A DNA stretch of 64,000 bases, taken from the NCBI GenBank assembly GCA_902774395.1, contig CACYIK010000004.1, forward strand, positions 30,932 to 94,931. The letters run 5' to 3'. Source of the stretch: an uncultured Bacteroidota bacterium. GTDB lineage: Bacteria; Bacteroidota; Bacteroidia; Bacteroidales; P3. Below the pieces are notes generated by a model. That model saw nothing but the letters and a program-made list of their open reading frames with translations. It was not told the origin of the DNA and searched no databases. Of this stretch, positions 56,400 to 64,000 are shown in pieces. Position 1 is the stretch's first letter; each line of letters opens with the position of its first letter. The position numbers and the translations under genes are program-made.

Positions 56400-57344
56400 A
56401 TGGACAACAACAAGGTATCAATAGTTGTATCTGTATACAACGAGGCACAAGTGCTGCCCCGGTTCTATGAAGAACTGGAGGCAGCACTTGCCGGCCTTGG
56501 CCGTGAGCACGAGACCATCTTCGTGGACGACGGCTCAACCGACGGCAGCCGAGAGCTGCTCGACCGCCTCAGCGCTGCCGACGAGACCGTGACAGCCATC
56601 CATTTCTCGCGCAACTTCGGCCACGAAGCAGCCATGATTGCCGGCATCGACCACGCCTCCGGAGACGCCATCGTCTGCATGGACGCCGACTGCCAGAACC
56701 CGCCGGCACTGCTCCCCTCCATACTGCAGCGTTTCGACGAGGGAAACGATATCGTGACCATGACACGCGAGGAACGAGCCGACGGAGGATTCCTCAACCA
56801 CCTCTCCTCTCGTTTCTTCTACGCCCTCATCAACCGCCTCTCCGACACTCGCCTGCAGCCCAACGCCTCCGACTTCTTCCTCATCTCCCGCCGCGTGGCC
56901 GATGTGCTGCGCCGCGACTACCGTGAGCGTACCCGCTTCCTGCGCGGCGTAATACAGACCGTGGGGTTCAACGCCACCACACTCCCCTACCGCGCCCCTC
57001 AACGAGCCGCCGGAGAGAGCCACTACCACTTCTCCAACCTGCTCCATCTCGCCTTCTCCTCCATCGCTTCCTTCTCCAAGGCTCCCCTGAAACTGGGCAT
57101 CTACAGCGGACTGCTGTTCGGCGTGCTTTGCATAGGCTTGATTGTCTACTCCCTGGTGATGTGGATTGTCGACCGTCCCGTGGGTGGCTACACCACCCTC
57201 ATCATCTTCCTCAGCGCCTTCGCCGCTGTCTTGCTCTTCGTAGTGGGCGTGATAGGCTACTACGTAGGCATCATCCTCGACGAGGTGAAGGGACGTCCCC
57301 TATATGTCATCGAATACACTTCGACAAACAAAGACAATAAATAA
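56400..57344 (+). CDS. family 2 glycosyltransferase (polyprenyl-phosphate sugar transferase type, GtrB/ArnC-like)
   Basis: VSIVVSVYNE, FVDDGSTDGS, DADCQNPP, plus two C-terminal TM helices. Confidence 0.88.
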   Translation: MDNNKVSIVVSVYNEAQVLPRFYEELEAALAGLGREHETIFVDDGSTDGSRELLDRLSAADETVTAIHFSRNFGHEAAMIAGIDHASGDAIVCMDADCQNPPALLPSILQRFDEGNDIVTMTREERADGGFLNHLSSRFFYALINRLSDTRLQPNASDFFLISRRVADVLRRDYRERTRFLRGVIQTVGFNATTLPYRAPQRAAGESHYHFSNLLHLAFSSIASFSKAPLKLGIYSGLLFGVLCIGLIVYSLVMWIVDRPVGGYTTLIIFLSAFAAVLLFVVGVIGYYVGIILDEVKGRPLYVIEYTSTNKDNK

Positions 57345-59219
57345 ATGAAGTTCTTGAAGGACCTGGCAAGCCAGTCTGTTCTACCCTACGTGGCATGGCT
57401 GGCGGTGGCAATACTCGCCGTGAGTCCGCTCTTCCAGATAGGCGTCAACTCAAGCGACGATTTCCAATACTACGTCACAGCACAGCGGTCGTGGGATTAC
57501 TGGGCGATGGACCACTACTACTACGCCATCACTGGCCGTTTCTACTTCCTCATCACCAAATACTTCTACTACATCCCCTATCTGCTCGACAATTTCTTTG
57601 CAGCCAAGTTGATACAATACGGAACACTTTTCTCCGCCTATCTGCTCTTCGCCTACCTGGTCTGGCGTGTGCTCCATTCACGTCAGGCCGCTGCACTGAC
57701 ATTGCTCATCCTGCTGTTCAATACTGTGGCCACGCCGCCGTCATTCTTCATCGCCGTCACCAGCTATCCCTTCTACTTCACTTTCAGCCTTATCATCTTC
57801 CTCCTGGGATGCCTGATGTATGTAAACCACTACCAATGCCCCACCCCAACGCGCCACTGGCGTCCATGGGTGGGCGGAGCCTTGATATTCATCAGTTTCC
57901 TCTTCTATGAGACCTACATTGTCTTTGCGCTGATGCTGGGAATCTACGTCTTCTTCCGTCATTGGCGTAACGAGGGACTGAAGGACTCCTTCCGTAGCCG
58001 ATCCTTCTATCATGAGACCTTACCGCTGCTGCTGGCTGCTGGCATCTACCTCCTCATCTATTTCGGCTATCGAATCTATCTGCAGAAATACAACGCCGAA
58101 GCGGCGCTCTACGATGGCACCTCCTTCAATGCCGCCACCTTCAGCATAGCCAACTGCTGGAGAGTCCTCTACCGCTGCGCCATCATGGCGCTGCCTGGAC
58201 AGCCCTATTTCCACAGCCAACACCTCATGGTCGACAATTCCATGCTGCTGGAGGGCCACTCCAACACGCCACTCTTTGTCCTCGGGCACGCCTCGGCAGC
58301 CACATGGGCATGCGCCCTGCTAGTGGGTGCTCTGCTCTGGTGGATTACCAAGAGATTTGACACAATCTCTTGGAAAAAACTGTTATGGACAGCCCTTATC
58401 GGCATAGCCGTCGCTTTGTTCGCACACACGCTCATTGCACTGTCCGAGAAATACAATACGCAATGGGCCGGCTGGATTCGTGGCTATGTCACCACGTTGT
58501 TCTCCTACTTCGGTGTAGCGCTGGTGCTGATGGCCGCCGTGCTGGCATCGCTCAAAGGGATACAGCATCTGCGATGGCAAAAGGTCGTTCGCAGCTTCTG
58601 GTGCATCCTCATTGTCTTCTTTGCCGTACTCAACGGCTACTCCAATGAGCATATCTCCCGGGCACTGTCATGCAACCTGAACCGCGTCACAGCCATCAAC
58701 CTGATCGGCGAAAGCGGGTTCTTCGACCAGATGCCACAGGGTTCCATACTCTATACCGACGCGCTCTACCGCATCTCCCCTATGGCATTCTCCATCTCTA
58801 ATGCCGACTACACAAGTGATATCGACAGTCTGATTGCCTTGCGGGCCAACCACAAAATCCTCAGCACTAACAAACTTCAATTCGTCAACACATTCCGTGA
58901 AGAGAATCCCGAGGCCCCTCTCTACGTCATCAATGCCATTCCCACACAAAAAGCCGGCGAGCTGTTAGTCGTTATCGCTCCTGTCGACTCCCTCTCCTCT
59001 CCTGTCGAAGATATCCGCACCTCGCATGCCGACATCTTCTACCTCTCACCGGAGAAGCACTACACCGTAGTCTACACCTCCCTCTCCGGCACCCATTTCG
59101 TCACCGTCGATGCTCCCAAACACGAGTCCATGACTCACTGCACACTCGATGACGAAGGGCTGAATCCTTGGGAGATATTCATCAGCAACATGATTCCCCA
59201 TAACCTTTACCACGAATGA
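57345..59219 (+). CDS. large polytopic membrane protein (GT-C/ArnT-like candidate)
   Basis: 624 aa. About 12 predicted TM helices in the N-terminal 430 aa, then a soluble C-domain. The start codon directly abuts the GT2 stop. No motif recognised. Confidence 0.55.
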   Translation: MKFLKDLASQSVLPYVAWLAVAILAVSPLFQIGVNSSDDFQYYVTAQRSWDYWAMDHYYYAITGRFYFLITKYFYYIPYLLDNFFAAKLIQYGTLFSAYLLFAYLVWRVLHSRQAAALTLLILLFNTVATPPSFFIAVTSYPFYFTFSLIIFLLGCLMYVNHYQCPTPTRHWRPWVGGALIFISFLFYETYIVFALMLGIYVFFRHWRNEGLKDSFRSRSFYHETLPLLLAAGIYLLIYFGYRIYLQKYNAEAALYDGTSFNAATFSIANCWRVLYRCAIMALPGQPYFHSQHLMVDNSMLLEGHSNTPLFVLGHASAATWACALLVGALLWWITKRFDTISWKKLLWTALIGIAVALFAHTLIALSEKYNTQWAGWIRGYVTTLFSYFGVALVLMAAVLASLKGIQHLRWQKVVRSFWCILIVFFAVLNGYSNEHISRALSCNLNRVTAINLIGESGFFDQMPQGSILYTDALYRISPMAFSISNADYTSDIDSLIALRANHKILSTNKLQFVNTFREENPEAPLYVINAIPTQKAGELLVVIAPVDSLSSPVEDIRTSHADIFYLSPEKHYTVVYTSLSGTHFVTVDAPKHESMTHCTLDDEGLNPWEIFISNMIPHNLYHE

Positions 59220-60685
59220 AGTCCCTGTTGCCTCTTTTCTTCGCACTCCTTCTGGCAGGCTGTTCCGGACAATGTCCCTGCACCGTCTGCGAAGAGGTCC
59301 CCGCCACACCAGCCCCTGGTTTTGTCACCCTGCAGGATGGCCATTTCTCCATTGACGGAGAAAAATGGTTCCCCATGATGCTAAACTACAAGGCCTTCAT
59401 CGATGGCGACCGTGTGGTACCCGCGCCATGGTACAGCGACGGCGATGTCCGCGCCCATTTCGACACCATAGCCGCCTGGGGATTCGATGCCGTACGCGTC
59501 TGTCTCGACGCCATAAGCGAAGAGGGCGACACCACCGCCATGTACCGCGCCACACGCCGCATGGTGCAGCAAGCCGACAGCGCCGGACTCCGTGTCATGC
59601 TGCTCATCAAGCCTCCTCTCGACAACTACTGGCGCGAATATACCATCGGGCTGCTGAAACGTCTGTCCGACCTGCCGGCGCTGTGGGCCTACGACTTCAT
59701 GAACGAGCCGCTCTACTTCGACCCCGAGCCTGAGCGCGGCAAATGCGACGCCGTCAACACCGTGTGCGAATGGCGCCAAATGGTACGCACCTACGCGCCC
59801 CATCAGCTCTTCACCGTGGCCACCGCCGAACCCATCGAAGTCTTCGAGTGGGACCCCTCCATGCTGCCGGTCGACTTTTTGGAGATGCACACCTACCATC
59901 CCCTGCGTGTGCAGGCCGAGATGTGGTGGTACAGCCACTACTGCGGCAAGCCCTGGATGGTAGGCGAGACAGGCTTGCCTGCCGACGGCGACAGCATACC
60001 CTACTCCGAACAAGTGGGCTTCATGTGGGAGACCTACCGCTACGCCAAGCTGAACGGTGCTGCAGGCTACGGATGGTGGGAGTTCCAGGACTGCCCCGAA
60101 GGTGTCAACTTCGAAGCACAATACACCGGTCTGCGCGACCGCGAAGGCCGTCCCAAATTGGCTGCCGACTTCGCCAAAACAATCCCCATCGTCTGTCTTG
60201 GAGTCGATTTGGAAGAGGACTACCTGCCACCGGTGAACTACTACAACATGCTGGCCTACGAGAATGTGGCCGCAACAGGTCGTGTGGTGGACGAAAAGGG
60301 GAAGCCCATCGAGGGCGCCGTCATCCGCGGATGGAACAAGGACTGGAGCGTCGGCATGAACACCTACAGCGACTGCAACGGCCGTTTCCGCCTGGTGAGC
60401 AACGACATCTGCACCCACTTCGAGGTGAGCGCCCCGCGATGCAGCAAAGTGAAGTTCGACAAGAAACTTTCCTATCCTGCCGGCATCAGCCTTCCCAACC
60501 GCACACGCGAGTACCAGCAGATACCCCTCCTCGGCTGGGGTCCCTGCTACCCCGGTCCCATGGGCGACACCGCCTGCTATCCGCTCCCCTGGGCGGCCAT
60601 CGACGACACCGCAGCCCGCAAACAATTCGAGGCCTCCACTGCCGTGGAAGCCTCGATAGGAGACATAAAGCTGAAACGGCTCTAG
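59216..60685 (+). CDS. GH5-like glycoside hydrolase lipoprotein with a C-terminal carboxypeptidase-regulatory-like domain
   Basis: Lipobox LLLAGCSG. GH5 acid/base context YDFMNEPLYF and nucleophile context WMVGETGLP. C-terminal TGRVVDEKGKPIEGAVIRG...DCNGRFRL. Confidence 0.68.
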   Translation: MKSLLPLFFALLLAGCSGQCPCTVCEEVPATPAPGFVTLQDGHFSIDGEKWFPMMLNYKAFIDGDRVVPAPWYSDGDVRAHFDTIAAWGFDAVRVCLDAISEEGDTTAMYRATRRMVQQADSAGLRVMLLIKPPLDNYWREYTIGLLKRLSDLPALWAYDFMNEPLYFDPEPERGKCDAVNTVCEWRQMVRTYAPHQLFTVATAEPIEVFEWDPSMLPVDFLEMHTYHPLRVQAEMWWYSHYCGKPWMVGETGLPADGDSIPYSEQVGFMWETYRYAKLNGAAGYGWWEFQDCPEGVNFEAQYTGLRDREGRPKLAADFAKTIPIVCLGVDLEEDYLPPVNYYNMLAYENVAATGRVVDEKGKPIEGAVIRGWNKDWSVGMNTYSDCNGRFRLVSNDICTHFEVSAPRCSKVKFDKKLSYPAGISLPNRTREYQQIPLLGWGPCYPGPMGDTACYPLPWAAIDDTAARKQFEASTAVEASIGDIKLKRL

Positions 60686-61164
60686 AAGACCTCCTTGATG
60701 GTCTGCGACTGGCCGTTGATGATAAACGTGTCGCCTACCTTATGGCCTTTCACAGCCATATAGATAGGTGTCTGCGCCGAGATGGCAAACCAGACCTCTG
60801 CGGGCCTCGGTTCTGCCGAGGACGACTTATAATTTACAGTAAATTTTCCTGCGCCGATGCTTAAGAAGAACTTCTGCCGATCGGTGACTACGCAGGCGCC
60901 GTGTTCCACGGTGTCGAACGGCGGCAGCTTGAGCAAATCCTGCAAGGCGCGGATGCCGGCCAAGGCATTGCTGTACTGACGGGCATACATATCGCGCGAG
61001 CGCATCATCTTGGTACGGTAAGCGTCGTAGCGGTCCACGTTGGCGCCATAGTCGTTGCTCTGCTGCTGCGCCGAGTCCATCTCCTGCTTGGCTATATTAG
61101 CAATATGCTCCTGCTGTTGGATGCAGGAGCATATCACTTGTTGTCTATTTTCTTCGCGCGTCAT
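60682..61164 (-). CDS. GreA/GreB-like C-terminal-domain protein
   Basis: 160 aa. N-terminal coiled-coil-like region. The C-terminus ISAQTPIYMAVKGHKVGDTFIINGQSQTIKEV resembles the Gre factor FKBP-like domain (SP.G.AL.G..VGD). Confidence 0.45.
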   Translation of the reverse strand: MTREENRQQVICSCIQQQEHIANIAKQEMDSAQQQSNDYGANVDRYDAYRTKMMRSRDMYARQYSNALAGIRALQDLLKLPPFDTVEHGACVVTDRQKFFLSIGAGKFTVNYKSSSAEPRPAEVWFAISAQTPIYMAVKGHKVGDTFIINGQSQTIKEVF

Positions 61165-62441
61165 TTCTTCTTCGCGGGGGCTTTCTTCTTGGCAGCCGGC
61201 TTCTTAGCGGCAGCTTTCTTTGCCACCGGCAGACGGCCAGGATAGACCTTGAGGGCCTCTTCAAGGCACTTCATGGCAGCCTTGAGGTCGTTGATGTTGA
61301 GGCAGTAGGTGATACGGGCCTGATGGCGTCCCAACTCGGGATTGACATAGAAACCCGTAGCCGGAGCCAACATCACGGTGGCACCATTGTAGCTGAAGTC
61401 CGTCAAGAGCCACTGGCAGAAATGGTCGCTGTCTTCCACCGGCAAGTCGATGACGGTGTAGAAAGCACCCTTGGGCATCGGGCAGAAGCAGCCGGGAATC
61501 TTGTTGACGCCCTCGACGATGACATTGCGGCGAGCCACATATTCTTTCTGTACCTTGTTGAAATAATCCTGCGGAGTATCCACAGCGGCCTCGGTGAAGA
61601 ACTGTCCGAAGCTGGGGGGAGACAGACGGGCCTGCGCCAGACGCATGGCCGTGGCATAGACCTCACTGTTGCGGGTCACCAAGCAGCCCACACGGGCACC
61701 GCAGGCGCTGTAGCGCTTCGACACCGAGTCGAACAGGATGGTGTTGCGCTCCAAGCCTTCGAGCTGCATGACGCTGAAATGCTTGTTGCCGTCATAGCAG
61801 AACTCGCGATACACCTCGTCGGCAAAGAGGAAGAGGTCGTATTTCTTCACCAGACCAGCCACCTTCAGCAGCTCCTCGTGGGTGTAGAGGTAACCCGTGG
61901 GGTTGTTGGGGTTGCAGATCATGATGGCACGCGTATACGGCGTGATATACTTCTCGAACTCGTCCATCGGCGGCAGGGCAAAGCCCGTTTTGATGTCGCT
62001 GGGCACCGTGACGATCTTCGCACCACAGAGGCTGGCGAAGGTGTTATAGTTGGTGTAGTAAGGCTCGGGAATGATAATTTCGTCGCCCGGGTTGAGGCAG
62101 ACGGTGAAGGCCATCTGCAAAGCCTCGCTGCCACCAGTGGTGATGATAATCTGGTTGGGGGTAACGTCGATACCATGACGGTGGTAGTAGTTGCAGAGCG
62201 CACGACGGGCGCTGGGGATACCGGCCGAGTGGCTGTATTCCAACACGCCGTGGTTCTTGGCCATCTCGTGGGCCTTGACCGACAGGGCCTCGAGGGCACC
62301 GGCGGGGGTCTCGATATCGGGCTGGCCGATATTCAGGTGGTACACATGCACTCCACGCTCCTTGGCGGCATCGGCGAAGGGGACGAGTTTACGGATGGCA
62401 CTCTGAGGCAGTTCGAGGCCTTTATGCGAAATATGCGGCAT
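61161..62441 (-). CDS. PLP-dependent (class I/II) aminotransferase with a Lys/Ala-rich C-terminal tail
   Basis: Typical aspartate-aminotransferase-like sequence with the PLP lysine context SVSKRYSACGARVG. Extra tail PVAKKAAAKKPAAKKKAPAKKK. Confidence 0.88.
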   Translation of the reverse strand: MPHISHKGLELPQSAIRKLVPFADAAKERGVHVYHLNIGQPDIETPAGALEALSVKAHEMAKNHGVLEYSHSAGIPSARRALCNYYHRHGIDVTPNQIIITTGGSEALQMAFTVCLNPGDEIIIPEPYYTNYNTFASLCGAKIVTVPSDIKTGFALPPMDEFEKYITPYTRAIMICNPNNPTGYLYTHEELLKVAGLVKKYDLFLFADEVYREFCYDGNKHFSVMQLEGLERNTILFDSVSKRYSACGARVGCLVTRNSEVYATAMRLAQARLSPPSFGQFFTEAAVDTPQDYFNKVQKEYVARRNVIVEGVNKIPGCFCPMPKGAFYTVIDLPVEDSDHFCQWLLTDFSYNGATVMLAPATGFYVNPELGRHQARITYCLNINDLKAAMKCLEEALKVYPGRLPVAKKAAAKKPAAKKKAPAKKK

Positions 62442-62460
62442 AGTAATTCAGTAGTATGGT

Positions 62461-62967
62461 TTAACGGGTAGGTTTGTTCTTCATGATGGGGACCGTCTTC
62501 TCGGCGGGAGCAGCCTCGACAGCGGGAGTAGCCTGGGGCTTGTCCTGAGGAGCGGGAGCAGCTTCCTGCTTCACATTACCTTTGATACGCAGCACCACAC
62601 GGGGATTGTCGACGGCGTTGCTGGTGACGGTGACGGTCTTCGAGAAACCACCCACGTTGTTGGTGTTGTAGTGCACCTTGATGGTACCTTCCTGACCCGG
62701 CATGACGGGTTTCTGGGTATAGCTGGGGGTCGTGCAGCCGCACGAGGCCTTCACACTGGAGAGAATCAAGGGCTCGTTGCCCTCGTTGACGAAGGTGAAC
62801 ACGCAGTCGCCGTTGGCGCCCTTCATGATGGTACCGTAGTTGTGCTCGGTCTCGGTGAAACGAATCTTCGCGCCGTTGGCGGGAACTTCTTTCTTCTCAG
62901 TCTCCTGAGCGTTGGCAAAGCCAAATGCCATCGAGGCAAAAAGGCAGATTAATGCAAACTTTTTCAT
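62461..62967 (-). CDS. DUF1573-domain secreted protein
   Basis: Signal peptide. Hallmark FTFVNEGNEPLILSSVKASCGCTTPSYTQKPVMPGQEGTIKV. Confidence 0.72.
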   Translation of the reverse strand: MKKFALICLFASMAFGFANAQETEKKEVPANGAKIRFTETEHNYGTIMKGANGDCVFTFVNEGNEPLILSSVKASCGCTTPSYTQKPVMPGQEGTIKVHYNTNNVGGFSKTVTVTSNAVDNPRVVLRIKGNVKQEAAPAPQDKPQATPAVEAAPAEKTVPIMKNKPTR

Positions 62968-63370
62968 TTTGTTATAATGTTTTTAGGTTTATTCTGTTCT
63001 TTTCTTCCCTCTCCCTTGGGAGGGTTTTAACCATTATTTATTTGGGCTGCAAAATTACTAAATTTTTAGTACATGCAAACAAAAAAAAATTGCAAAAAAA
63101 AGCAAAAACCGCACAACCCTTTGATTCACAAAGTCGCAACGCATTTATTTTTACTTACTTTGGTCTTGGTTTAGTGAGAGTTAAGAAGGGAGATAAAAAA
63201 AGGGACTTTAACAGTGTTTTAACATTTGGGAGAGCTGTAATGAGTCCAGACGGACAGGCGCGGTGGCAGAGGTGCTGTCGGAGATACATGACAAGACAGA
63301 ATATCAATAACTTAATCATACACTAAAAAATATTTTCACCATTTTTGGTGATGGTATGATTTTTTTTTCG

Positions 63371-63378
63371 TATCTTTG
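63371..63378 (+). promoter_or_regulatory. Bacteroidota -7 promoter box (TAnnTTTG) for the oxidoreductase operon
   Basis: TATCTTTGCA about 57 nt upstream of ATG 63435. Confidence 0.5.
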
Positions 63379-63434
63379 CAGGCACATATTTAACGACGCG
63401 AAAACCAATATATTAATCTTATAACATTAAAATT

Positions 63435-63653
63435 ATGGCATTTAAAGGACAAATCATCATCGATACCGAGCGCTGCAAAGGCTGCGGAGTCTGTGTACCC
63501 GTGTGCCCGATGAAGTGCATCGCGTTGTCGAAAAATGTAAACGGTAAGGGTTACAACTACACCGAGACCGTGAATGACAGTTGCATTGGCTGCGCCAGCT
63601 GCGCCATGGTGTGCCCCGACGGCGTGATCTCCGTTTACAAGAAGAAAATCTAA
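63435..63653 (+). CDS. 4Fe-4S dicluster ferredoxin subunit of a 2-oxoacid:ferredoxin oxidoreductase (delta subunit type)
   Basis: 72 aa with two CxxCxxCxxxCP motifs (CKGCGVCVPVCP, CIGCASCAMVCP). Confidence 0.85.
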   Translation: MAFKGQIIIDTERCKGCGVCVPVCPMKCIALSKNVNGKGYNYTETVNDSCIGCASCAMVCPDGVISVYKKKI

Positions 63654-63677
63654 ACGAAAAAGAAAGAAAGGAATACT

Positions 63678-64000
63678 ATGGCAAGAGAACTTCAACTGAT
63701 GAAGGGCAATGAAGCTATTGCCCGCGCAATGATTGCCAGCGGTTGTGACGGATACTTCGGCTATCCTATCACCCCGCAGAGCGAAGTTATGGAAACCCTT
63801 ATGGCTGAGAAACCGTGGGAGACCACCGGTATGACCGTGCTGCAGGCCGAGTCTGAGGTCGCTTCGATCAACATGGTCTACGGCGGCGCCGCCACCGGTA
63901 AGAAAGTCGCCACCTCGAGCTCCAGCCCCGGAATCTCGCTGATGCAGGAAGGTCTGACCTACCTCGCCGGCGCCGAAATCCCCTGCCTGGTGGTCAACGT
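63678..64000 (+). CDS. 2-oxoacid:acceptor oxidoreductase alpha subunit (KorA/VorB-like), 5' part only
   Basis: My translation from ATG 63678: [41 protein letters not shown]...[17 protein letters not shown]. It runs off the window end. Confidence 0.82.
   Translation, partial: MARELQLMKGNEAIARAMIASGCDGYFGYPITPQSEVMETLMAEKPWETTGMTVLQAESEVASINMVYGGAATGKKVATSSSSPGISLMQEGLTYLAGAEIPCLVVN

Noticed and set aside
62925-63326. 133-aa plus-strand ORF in the DUF1573/oxidoreductase intergenic region.
   Set aside because: It starts inside the DUF1573 gene on the opposite strand. It has AT-rich low-complexity sequence, no promoter box and no recognisable motif.

Overview
This is a 64-kb chromosomal segment from a Bacteroidota genome, most likely Prevotellaceae. 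The taxonomic call rests on a fused SecDF, T9SS C-terminal sorting domains, a PorZ-like propeller protein, TAnnTTTG -7 promoter boxes, lipoprotein signal peptides and no obvious Shine-Dalgarno sites. Most of the window is GC-rich housekeeping DNA: secDF, radC, folB, pheS, a PPIase, the queCDEF operon, sstT, hutU, recO, mreCD, gmk, a VTC/DUF4956 polyphosphate cluster, a CoA-transferase, an M16 peptidase, a GT2/membrane/GH5 operon, an aminotransferase and the start of a kor-type oxidoreductase. There are no rRNA or tRNA genes, CRISPR arrays, transposases or integrases. Two things stand out. (1) An AT-richer accessory/defence island at about 8.7-20.4 kb is bounded by gene remnants: a 5'-truncated, frameshifted fic-like gene and an ATPase tail. 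It carries an AbiEi-like wHTH gene with a nucleotidyltransferase partner and a nested-palindrome operator. It also carries a tightly packed five-gene type I R-M operon with two passengers, an AlbA_2/HATPase_c_4 protein between hsdM and hsdS and an AbiH-like protein after hsdS. (2) At least 20 'stutter-word' arrays occur across the window. Each has 3-10 degenerate tandem copies of a locus-specific 7-13-nt word, and many are paired with a reverse-complement array to give long imperfect hairpins. They lie between genes, inside operons and, strikingly, in frame inside conserved proteins: the Nudix hydrolase, the UvrD-like helicase/exonuclease, the S8 peptidase, RecO and several signal peptides. 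I cannot assign them to a described repeat family from sequence alone. All functional calls are from reading the translated ORFs and motifs; no database search was run.
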